Shown here piece by piece: positions 20,674 through 30,600 of a stretch of 64,000 nt of DNA (positions within the stretch are counted from its first letter, which is position 1; every line of letters starts with the position of its first letter). The stretch is from a virus. Taxonomy: Duplodnaviria > Caudoviricetes. Below the pieces are notes generated by a model that worked only from the letters and a program-made list of their open reading frames with translations, searched no databases and was not told where the DNA came from. The stretch spans positions 42,320 to 106,319 of IMG/VR virus record IMGVR_UViG_3300033062_002592; one strand, written 5' to 3'. A program made the position numbers and the translations under genes.

Positions 20674-21711
20674 TTATCTGCCGCCTCTTCTTCGAGCTTC
20701 CTGAGCCATTCTCCAAGCTACAGTATCCATCATGTTATCAATATCTACAGTTGATGAAACAGGTCCAGTATTCAAAGTAATATTTATATTATTTAAATTA
20801 GTTCCAGCAGGTGTTTGTATTATTGGTTCACTTTTTTGCGTATATACATTTACTCCCATTGGTGGAACAACTTCGTTTTTATAGTTATACATATTTGCTA
20901 TCATTGTTGATGTATTTGTAGTTGTATTTGAGGACGGAAAAACTTCATTTTTATAAATTGGGGGATTTCCCACTGTTAATGGACTGGGCATTTCTTTTTG
21001 CATAAACGTATTTGTGTTTGCCGTTGTAAAGTTATATATATTCATTCCTTCTGGTATAACAGTTTCACCTTTATGTACAAGCGCAAGGCCTGTTTTTGTA
21101 ACAACTCCTCCTTTTTGTAGATATGCTATTGTTGATACTATTGGTGCATAAGTTGCCACAGCTCCTGCAACGCCTCCCGCAGCCGCAGCAGCAGTTTCAG
21201 CAGCAGTTGCAGCCCACGCAGCGGAAGCAACATGGGTATAAGAAGTCGCCAGTGCCTCATTTGATATAACCTTTTGAGCATCTCCAATTAAACCAAGTTC
21301 TTGTGCTATCCTAAACAAATCTACAGCAGTTACAACAATCCTCATTGCAGCACCAACTCCATAAACTGTTGCTGTAACTAATTTCAAAACTTCATTATGG
21401 TTGAAAAAATAATTATTAAGAACTGATAAGGCTCTGCCCATAAGCATGAAATCCCAGCTTGCGCTGCGAAGAGGAGCTATTCTTTCCTGTAAAGTTTCTG
21501 TATTTTCTCGATTAGCTCTCGAAAAATCCATCGTTGTTGTTGCAGTTATTTTTGTAGCGCCTTGTAAATCCGCCAATCCACTTTTTGTTATTTCAATGCC
21601 AGAGGTGTCAGCATCCGATGTAACATTGATTCTTATCTCTATGGTATCTCCAGCTCCCCACCCACTTGTAAATGTTCCTCCTGCACCTCTAATATCCATT
21701 CTTGCCGCCAT
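20674..21711 (-). CDS. short tape-measure-like protein
   Basis: Ala-rich helical core; LQKGGVV.KTGLALVHKGETVIP motif typical of TMP C-termini; position after the tail chaperones. Confidence 0.7.
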   Translation of the reverse strand: MAARMDIRGAGGTFTSGWGAGDTIEIRINVTSDADTSGIEITKSGLADLQGATKITATTTMDFSRANRENTETLQERIAPLRSASWDFMLMGRALSVLNNYFFNHNEVLKLVTATVYGVGAAMRIVVTAVDLFRIAQELGLIGDAQKVISNEALATSYTHVASAAWAATAAETAAAAAGGVAGAVATYAPIVSTIAYLQKGGVVTKTGLALVHKGETVIPEGMNIYNFTTANTNTFMQKEMPSPLTVGNPPIYKNEVFPSSNTTTNTSTMIANMYNYKNEVVPPMGVNVYTQKSEPIIQTPAGTNLNNINITLNTGPVSSTVDIDNMMDTVAWRMAQEARRRGGR

Positions 21712-21712
21712 T

Positions 21713-21916
21713 TTATGTCATCCTCATTTTACTTTCCATTTGTTTCAATTTATCTCTTCTTTGAGTTTCCAACTCATTATCTATAATTATAAATTCTGAA
21801 ATGGTTTTTGCATCTTCTTTTTCAAGCTGGCTCGGCAAACATTGAAATGCTTTGCACAAGTTGTACTTAACTATAATTGGATTTAATGTTTTGTCGTAAG
21901 CCAGCTCAATTATAAA
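21713..21916 (-). CDS. -1 frame extension of the tail assembly chaperone (gpGT-like; not in the ORF track)
   Basis: Open -1 frame FIIELAYDKTLNPIIVKYNLCKAFQCLPSQLEKEDAK...MRMT*, entered through slippery A AAT TTA at 21919-21913. Confidence 0.75.
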   Translation of the reverse strand, partial: FIIELAYDKTLNPIIVKYNLCKAFQCLPSQLEKEDAKTISEFIIIDNELETQRRDKLKQMESKMRMT

Positions 21917-22254
21917 TTTTGTGTTTCAATGTTTCTAACAAGATTTAATTCTGAAGATATTTGAAAGAGGCGTTCTCCAAGCTGTCCATCCATATTATGA
22001 ATTTCCTCAATTGTAAATGGAATGAACTTTCCATCTTTTTCATAGAAAACAGTCTTCAAAAGCAATTGTTCATTAAAGTGCGTACTGTCATAGCTTACAG
22101 CTCCAGAAAAAGGATCCACATGGTTGCATTCTGCTGATACAGCATTTTTTTCTCCCCATGTCCATTTGCGAAAGCCAAAACGTTGACCGCTGCCAGATGG
22201 AATCTCCGTAACGCCTAGTTCACCCTCTTTTTTCAATATATATGTTTCTTTCAT
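21910..22254 (-). CDS. tail assembly chaperone (gpG-like)
   Basis: Lies between tail tube and TMP; ends in slippery heptamer AAATTTA just before TAA; SD GAGGAGG. Confidence 0.75.
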   Translation of the reverse strand: MKETYILKKEGELGVTEIPSGSGQRFGFRKWTWGEKNAVSAECNHVDPFSGAVSYDSTHFNEQLLLKTVFYEKDGKFIPFTIEEIHNMDGQLGERLFQISSELNLVRNIETQNL

Positions 22255-22310
22255 TTAATCGACCTCCTCGGCCTATTTTATATTTTTACGAATTTAAAAA
22301 ATTGGAAAAT

Positions 22311-22736
22311 TTAAGTGGTAGATGATACAACACTGCCAGTGCCTATGAAATCCCATGTTTCACTAAAGATAGTTGAGCCCGGTCTATATGATGGTGTAGC
22401 TTTGCTCAATTTTAGGCCGCTTATAGTTATATAAGGCAAACCAGCAGCAGAGCCGCTACGGTTGGGCCAAATCTGAATATCCATATAATCTAATGGATTT
22501 TCACCCTTTGCCATCCATGCCCACGGACCAGAGCCAGAATAGAATCTTTCTATAGTAACCGTTGTTTTGTAGCATCCTTCAAGAATTGCTGCAAGATATC
22601 TTGAGCCGCATTCTTCATGCTCTTTTATTCCTTGATCCAAATCGTAGGATACTCGTTGAATTCCGCTGAGTCTTATGTAAGCACCACTACCAGTTTTAAT
22701 GAATGTATCTATCTGCCATCCTGCATATACTGGAAT
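22311..22736 (-). CDS. tail tube (major tail) protein; likely start is ATT at 22736, not the TTG at 22640
   Basis: Frame stays open upstream (IPVYAGWQIDTFIKTGSG...GIQRVSYDLDQG) to an ATT 9 nt after GGAGG; beta-rich 141 aa; position before the chaperone. Confidence 0.65.
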   Translation of the reverse strand: MPVYAGWQIDTFIKTGSGAYIRLSGIQRVSYDLDQGIKEHEECGSRYLAAILEGCYKTTVTIERFYSGSGPWAWMAKGENPLDYMDIQIWPNRSGSAAGLPYITISGLKLSKATPSYRPGSTIFSETWDFIGTGSVVSSTT

Positions 22737-22758
22737 ATTCTCAATCCTCCTTTATTTT

Positions 22759-23247
22759 TTATACTGTAACTCCTTTATTATGTTTAACTATATAAGCGTG
22801 GCCACTTAGAATTAAGAGTGGCGGTCTTATACTTAAATTATCCATTCTTCGCCATCCTGTAAGATATAAAAATTTTTCAATTTTATCATCGTCTTGTTTC
22901 AAAATGCTTCCGCTTCTAAGAATTCTTTCAGTTTCTCTGCGAAGTTGATATATTGCATTTTTAGCCCAACCCAAACTTGAATTTGAATCCTGAGTTGGTC
23001 TAATATAGATTTCAAAACCCACAGATTCTAAATCTCTATAAGTCGGATCTAATCCGCAATCCAAAGGTGGTGATGAAACTTCACCGGCAGGAATTATAAC
23101 AATCTGTGGGAATGTAATGTTTTCATTGTAAAGTCTTGTGCTAAAGTGTATTCCTGAACTGTTTATTGTTGCTGCCGCAGCCAAATCTCCCATCAGAGAC
23201 CAATTGTTTTTAAGCAGAAGCATAGTTTCAATTATTGCATCAGTCAT
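22759..23247 (-). CDS. tail terminator/completion-like protein, paralog A
   Basis: FPQI, IYIRP.QDS..SLGWAKNA shared with the neighbour; neck-tail position. Confidence 0.5.
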   Translation of the reverse strand: MTDAIIETMLLLKNNWSLMGDLAAAATINSSGIHFSTRLYNENITFPQIVIIPAGEVSSPPLDCGLDPTYRDLESVGFEIYIRPTQDSNSSLGWAKNAIYQLRRETERILRSGSILKQDDDKIEKFLYLTGWRRMDNLSIRPPLLILSGHAYIVKHNKGVTV

Positions 23248-23249
23248 TT

Positions 23250-23702
23250 CTAATCTTCTCTAAACATATTATGTCTCACTTCTATCAAACTTCTTAATAT
23301 AATTGGGCGCGTTTTTATTTCATCTAAATTTCTTCGTTTAGTTATAAATATGAAATCAGAATGATTATTATCAATAAGTTCACTATTATTCCTCAAAATT
23401 TTATAAATCTCTCTTCTGATTTTATATTCTGCGTTCTTGGCCCACCCCAAACTTTGACCAGAGTCCTGTTGTGGACGAACCCAAATATTGATATTAACTC
23501 CATCATCAATTTTATACCAAGGATGTATTCCGGCTGTCAACACGCTTTGCGGACCAGAAGAATGAGTTATAGTTATTTGGGGGAATGCAATATTGTCATC
23601 GTACCAACCTGTTGTAAAATTAACATCGTTTATTGTCAAACCCGATTCTGTGAGACTCCAATAATTTCGCAGAAGAGACAATATATTTAATTGTATATCC
23701 AT
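23250..23702 (-). CDS. tail terminator/completion-like protein, paralog B
   Basis: Start MDIQLN via TAATG overlap; FPQI, IWVRP.QDS..SLGWAKNA. Confidence 0.5.
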   Translation of the reverse strand: MDIQLNILSLLRNYWSLTESGLTINDVNFTTGWYDDNIAFPQITITHSSGPQSVLTAGIHPWYKIDDGVNINIWVRPQQDSGQSLGWAKNAEYKIRREIYKILRNNSELIDNNHSDFIFITKRRNLDEIKTRPIILRSLIEVRHNMFRED

Positions 23703-24127
23703 TAATATGCACTTCCTGAACGAGGCACCAAGCGTCTCACAATAGCATATTTTGAAACTATGACATCTCCATTTAATCTCCAAACATGCCTTGATAATAT
23801 CAAATATCTAATTCCTGAACCTGATGGAATAATGCATTGATCCCACTGCGCTAAATTAACATCGGGATTTACATAAACTCTTTCAAAATCGTCTTCGTAG
23901 AAACCTGCAGGTATAACAATATCTGTGGCGCTGATATGTTGTACTAAAGCTTTGAAGCTTCCAGTTGTCCATATTGTTTGAGAATCTCCATATCCATATG
24001 TTATCGCAGAACTGGTATCATAAGCGCTGCTGGTATCCACAGAACGTTGAAGCCATTGGAGCCATTCTCCATTCTGAGCTATTAAATATTGGAATTTTTG
24101 TTTTGCATTATTCCAATTTAGATGCAT
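23702..24127 (-). CDS. head closure (stopper)-like protein
   Basis: Size, beta-rich pattern and position after the adaptor. Confidence 0.5.
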   Translation of the reverse strand: MHLNWNNAKQKFQYLIAQNGEWLQWLQRSVDTSSAYDTSSAITYGYGDSQTIWTTGSFKALVQHISATDIVIPAGFYEDDFERVYVNPDVNLAQWDQCIIPSGSGIRYLILSRHVWRLNGDVIVSKYAIVRRLVPRSGSAY

Positions 24128-24138
24128 ATTTCATCACA

Positions 24139-24603
24139 TTAGAAATAGCTTGGAGCCGTGTCACTCCAAGTTGTTGTTGGACCTTCGGCACTTACTTGTA
24201 TAGGTTGAATAGCTCTAAGGTGTAACTGTGCGGATTCTTTGAATTGTTCTATGAGATTTCTATAAGTTGATAAAAGCTGAGGCTGTTGCACTGTAACACC
24301 AGCAGTCCAATTGAAACCGTCAACTATTACATCTCCACTTAAAAGTGTTATGAGTCTCATACAACTATAATCAAGTTCACAGGTTCTAACATGGTTTGAA
24401 GTTATAGGGTCTGTAGATTGCATTATTGATAAACCCAAAATTCCATATAAATAATAATTAGCCAAGTTTATTTGTGCAAGGACACTTCCGCTGGAAATTC
24501 CTTGCCCCCAGAAATAATATTGATTATCTGAACCGCTGTAAGCACCATTTAATGCCAATCTTATATCTTCACAGGTTATAACTGGATTTGTATCCGTACT
24601 CAT
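24139..24603 (-). CDS. head-tail adaptor-like protein
   Basis: Helical 154-aa protein (ITCEDIR...INLANYYL) in the neck position. Confidence 0.5.
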   Translation of the reverse strand: MSTDTNPVITCEDIRLALNGAYSGSDNQYYFWGQGISSGSVLAQINLANYYLYGILGLSIMQSTDPITSNHVRTCELDYSCMRLITLLSGDVIVDGFNWTAGVTVQQPQLLSTYRNLIEQFKESAQLHLRAIQPIQVSAEGPTTTWSDTAPSYF

Positions 24604-24611
24604 TTCATCAC

Positions 24612-27600
24612 CTATTCATCTATATATGATTCTTCTCCTTCTTCATTAAAATCTGGTTGACCATCTTCCTTTGATAACCATGGAGAATCGGGAGAGGTTG
24701 GTTTCAAAAAGCCCGAAGAGTCCCCCTCTTTCTGAGTCCATTTTGTATCACTTATACCTGGCTGAAGCCACACGTTCTCCGCAGAGCTTCTTCCAAGCCA
24801 TGTTCTTCTTATAATAACTTGACCTTTTGCATTAACACTATATACATAGTCGCCGAAGCTTAAAAGCTGCATATATGGATATACTTTTATAAGATAATCC
24901 TTTATTGATGTAAATGCGGGCGTTGTTTTTATATTTTTTTCAGAAAAGTCTATAAATCTTGATAAAACTGAGAAAACTTGGTCTGTATATCTTGTAAATC
25001 TTGGAACAACATCAAAATATTCATCAGTATTGTTTAAAAGTCTTGGCAAAACTTCAATTATAGAATCTCTATAATAAGCAGCTCCAACAAACATTCTTAA
25101 AAGTTGGTCATATCTTGCAGCATACCTTGGGCTTGTTTTTATAATTTCATCTTGATATCTTTCAAGTCTTGGAAGAACTTTTAAAACTTCCTCTTGTTGC
25201 GTCCAAAGCCTTGGAATTGTTTTAAAAACTGCATCTATAAATAATAGAAATGTGGGTTTAACTCTGATAAATTCATCCATTGCAGATTTAAATCTTGGTA
25301 AAGCCTTGAATATTTCATCATATTGAGTTATAATAACTGCGCCGGGAACACTTGCAAGTATTGTAAAAAGCTTATCGCCATATGACATCAATTTAGGAGT
25401 GAGCTTTATATTTTTATCATTGAATGATGTCATTCTGGGCAAAAGTCTTAGAAGTTCATCAATTTGAGTTAAAAATCTTGGATTAATTCTAATTATTTCA
25501 TCTTTATAAGATTGGAGTCTTATTAAAATTTTGTATATTTTATCTGAATGTGATAACATTCTCGGCATAAATTTAAGAAATTCTTCTTTGTAATTTACAA
25601 ATTTTGGAGTAGTTTTAAAGGTATTTTCTTTGAATGACATAAATTGTGCTTTAACATTAAACAAGTTATCTACATCTAACTTTAATTTTGGTAAAACTTT
25701 GATTATTTTATCAAAATTGGACATATTAAAACCAACAATCAATTTAATAAGAGTATCTTGATATAACATGAATTTTGGAGTAATTTTCAAATGTCTATCA
25801 AGGTAAATTCTTTGCATTATAAGAACTTTAAATACTTTATCAATATGTTCCATAAGTCTTGGATTGATTTTAATTATTTCATCTCTGTGGGCTTGAAAAC
25901 GAGATAAAATCTTATAGAGAGAATCATTATATGCTATAAATTTGGGCGTTATTTTAAATACAGAATCAAGTCTGGACAAAAATAAAGGCATAATTTTAAT
26001 AAGTTCATCTTTATGGAATTTCAATTGAGGCAAAACTTTAATTATACTATCAAAATTACTTACATTATAACCTACTATCAATTTGTAAAGTCTTTCTCCA
26101 TATGAAACAAACTTTGGAGTTAATTTCAAATGTGTATCAGAATATTGCATCATTCTTGGTAAAAATTTAAAAAGTTCATCTGTTTGTTGCATGAATTTTG
26201 GATTAACTTTGATTATTTTTTCTCTAAAACTTTGAAAACGCAATAAAATTTTATAGAGGGAATCTGCATAAACCAAGAATCTTGGTAAAGCCTGCAGATT
26301 TTTGTCATTAAATGCGGTAAACTTTGGATAAAATTTAATATATTTATCTGTCATATTTAAAAATCTGGGAGTAACCTTTACATTTTTGTCAAAATGCGCT
26401 AAAAGTCTGGGTAAAATCTTTATTATAGCATCTGCATGTGAAGTAAATTTGGGAATTATTTTAAAAATTTCATCAGAATAAGACTTAAATTGAGGTTTTA
26501 CACGAATGATTTTATCAAGTTGCACTTGCAATCTTGGAAGCAAAATCAGGCATTTTTCTGCATATGATACGAATCTTGGAGTTAATCTAATGTTTGTATC
26601 AGAATATTGCATCATTCTTGCGAGAACTTTAAGCACCTGATCCACTTTTTGCATAAAAGCTGGATTAACCTTAATTATTTCTTCTTTAAACGATTGAAAT
26701 CTCAACAAAACTTTGTAAAGTTCTTCAGCGTGTTGCATAAATCTTGGAAAAGTTTTCAGAAATTCTTCCTGAAAAGATAAGAATCGCGGATTTATTTTAA
26801 TCTGTTTATCTCCATAAACCATAAATCTGGGCAAAATTTTGAGATTTTCATCCTTTTGAAATGATAGTCTCGGTAAAGTCTTCATAAACGTATCAGTATT
26901 TGTTGGAAACCTTGGCAACATTTTTAAAATATTGTCAAGTTGGCTTCTGTAAAGAACTAAAAGTCTATAATATTCATCTAAACCATAATTTTGAAATCTT
27001 GGAGAAAATTTGAGTATTTCATCTTTATTGGAGCTTATCCTTGGCAAAGCTTTGACATAAACATTGTCAGCGAAACGTGGAAAAGTTGGAATAATTCTTA
27101 TTAATGAACCATCAAAACTCAAAGTTATGGGTTCTGATAAATAAGTACGGTTTGCGGGCAAAGAACTAAGTCTTCCAGCACCAGTAGGAATCCATAAATT
27201 ATTAAATCCAATCTGCCAAACTCCATTTTCGCTAAAATTCCACGAACCACTGTTGGGACCATAAAGGAAGTTAATACTTCCCGTTTTAAGTAACGCAAGT
27301 TGAACAGTTCTATTAGGTATATTTATATTATACAAATCCGGATCCAAAATATGATATGGATATTCATAAGATAATTCTTCCACTGTAACAGCTAATCTTG
27401 CAGTTATTGGAACAAGTCCCATAATAAATAACAAGGCGCAGCCCTGAGCTGTACTATCATTATCATAGGTGCTAGTGTCGCTGTAAGCTCTAAATAAATT
27501 CGTAGAAGAATTATATAACGTACTATCTTTTATTAAATGGCTCCAAGCTGGTGGGTCACCACTTGGGCCTGTACCAGCCAATAATGTTTGGACATTTGAT

Positions 27601-30600
27601 TGTCCCGTTGCTGTTAAAGTGTCGTAGGCGCCCATGATTGCTCCCCAACCCATAAGAGTATTTGTTAATCTAAATTGAGGATTACTATAATGTTCATGAA
27701 CACAAGAATATTTTTGTGTAGTAATATATGTCCATTGCAATGATTGCCATAAGTTTCTTAGGAATCTGCTCTCAATATCTTCAGCTAATCTATCATAATT
27801 TGTCATGCTGTAATTTTTGGTTCTAAGATAGGCAATTGTTTCTAAAAATCCACCAGCTTCAGTTTCTGCATAAATAGATCCTGATATATATCCATAATAA
27901 TGAAGAGTTGTGCTTAAATATGAACTTGTATTCCAATAATAATTATTCAATACATCCCATATTTGTTGAGAATATGTTAAACCTGAGTTCATTCCAAAAT
28001 CATAGAATAATAAAAAGTTTCTAAGTGTTTGTCCTTGTTCATCGTAAAATCTTCGTGATGGTTCACTATAACTTGATGTTGGAGTATAATAATATAGAAA
28101 TCCATTATTATTGTTTTGTGAACTTGTAAATGTGGAATAATAATTATTGAAAGCTGTGGTTAAATTCCATTTTGACGTTTGATAATTATATAAATTTGAC
28201 CAATAATATCCATAGAGAAGTTCTCCATCATAATTGCTAAAATATGAACCAGTATCTTGAATATAGGAAGAGGTTGGTAACCCATTAACCATAACAGAGT
28301 TATCTAATGCTGATTGAATAACTGTTTGGTTTACAATTCCCAATTTTTTAGCTCGCGCATACCATCTTAAAATTTCTTGCCATTCAGTTATGGCAGCTAA
28401 ATCATTTGTAAATGTTGCTTTAGTTCTTTGATTAAGTACCATGGCTATATATTTTGTTGCCGTTGAACCAGTCCAATTTATACTGTTAGAAAGACTCGTT
28501 AGATAACCTATTAAATAAGAACTAAGAGGATATGTAAGTATTGCTACCTTAACATTATAAGGACTGGAAGTTTTTGTTGAATATTCCAAATCAGTATATA
28601 TATCATTGTAAAATTTGGGCATAACTGTAAGTCTATCGTTAGCAGTTAAAACTTGAGATGTTTCATCCTGCCAATCTACAACCGTCTCCCAACTTCCAGT
28701 ATTATTATATCTTCTATAATAAATATGATTTGCTAAAGGATATCCGGCCCAAAAAACAAATAAGTCTCCTGAGCCAGTAACTGCACTGATGCATGGTGCC
28801 ATAGTAGCCGCCGTGGTATATGATGCCTTAAAAGTTGCGATGCAACCTATATATTTAATGCTTCCAGTGGCAAGATATGTTCCAGAACTTCCAGAGGCAT
28901 ATCCTAAATTGATTTTTTCAAGATAAGCACTTGACATCATGGAATTATAGGATAATCCATCCAACAAGGTAAATCCTTTTGCAACACTTCCAGTAACTTG
29001 ACTATTATCTCTATATATAGTAGTTGTTCCAACAAATAGTTCGCTGGGCTGGCCTATAGTAGGTGTAACTCCTGTACTTGTACTTATATCGCTGCCGCTT
29101 GTTATTGCTGTTTGATCCAAAAATCCTGCAGTTAGTAATCCATTATATTCACAAACATTTACTACTGAACCAGAATTTGCAGCAGAAAAGTTGACAACAA
29201 CATTTGATGTTCCGGCTGCGCCTGCAACTCCAGCCCAAATTTCAGACCTCATATATTCTGAAGGATAACTTCCACTTTTCTGTGGAGTCCATGTTACACC
29301 ACTTTGAGTAATGCTTGTTACATTTGCTGTGCTGGCTCCAGAGCCTATTATTCCAACGGTGGCGATAAGCAAGTTTCCATTTTGTGGATTACTACTTAAA
29401 ACAGTAGTATTGGTGCTGCCTGTTGATACTCCTCTTGCATATTGAATTCTTGTAGGAGTATTTTCAACAGTTTGCACCACAAATTCGCTGCCAGTGCTCC
29501 AATAACCATTACTATAAGTTCTTGTATCATATTCTATATTATTTGGAGAATTCAAAAGAAATACAAGATGCATATCATCATTTATTGCTGTGGCACTAAA
29601 ATATCCAGATGTCTTTAAAACTCCCATTGAACCCGTTTCTTCATTATTTACAGTTGAACCAGAAAACAGTCTTCCTTTTATCGTTTCAGAACTCTTACCA
29701 TAGACCACATACATTTTTCCATTTGTTAAAGGCACAATTTCTGATGCGTCATAATTTATACTGGTAAGTGTAAAGGGAAAAGTTGCTGCTGTTGTCCATG
29801 TTCCATCATTTGCACTGCTTTTTGTTAAATACGTTGATATTGTTGCACCAATTGATTCCTGATATCCATAACTTATATATGGATAACTTCCGGTATCTAC
29901 AGCAACGCTTGGATAATATACATATTCTACAAAAATTCCAGGATTATTTGTACAATTATAAACAGTTTGTTCAGCGCTCCAATCTATACTTCCTGTACTT
30001 GTTGGAGTACCGCGAGCATACATTAAATCTCCGCCCGCTGTTTCTGGAGCATACGCATAATGCACATATGTGCCATCAAAATGAATATCAAATTTTCTTC
30101 CAGATGAACATGCTCTTATAGCGCTGGAAGTTCCCCATGTAACACCCGCAGAACTTGTGGAGTAAACCATGTTTGTGCCATCGCTGAAAAAGTGCCACAG
30201 TAAGCTTTGCGCGTAGAAACTTTTTCTTTGAGATGGATACGATGTCGCAGAATTAGATGAGCCAGAACCAATGGTAACTGATGTTGGAGGAGTTATTCCT
30301 GCCTGAACTTTAAATGAAGCGTCTGTATATTCTAAAAGTTTAGGTAAAGTTTTTAAAGATTTGTCAGATTGAAGTATAACTCGTGGTAAAATTTTCAGAG
30401 ATATATCATTTGAACTTTTAAAAAGTGGAGAAACTTTTAAAGTATTATCTTGAGAACCTGTATATTTTGGAAAATTAGCATTACATGTTATTGTTTGATG
30501 AACATAATTCACTAATCTTGGTAAAGTTTTAACCGACTTATCTGAATAAACTAAAAGTCTGGGAAGAATTTTAAAATTACTATCATTAGAGCTTGTTGTG

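Noticed and set aside
24870-27115. Diversity-generating retroelement or DNA-level repeat array
   Set aside because: The repeats are conserved only at the protein level; no reverse transcriptase or adenine-specific TR/VR pair seen.
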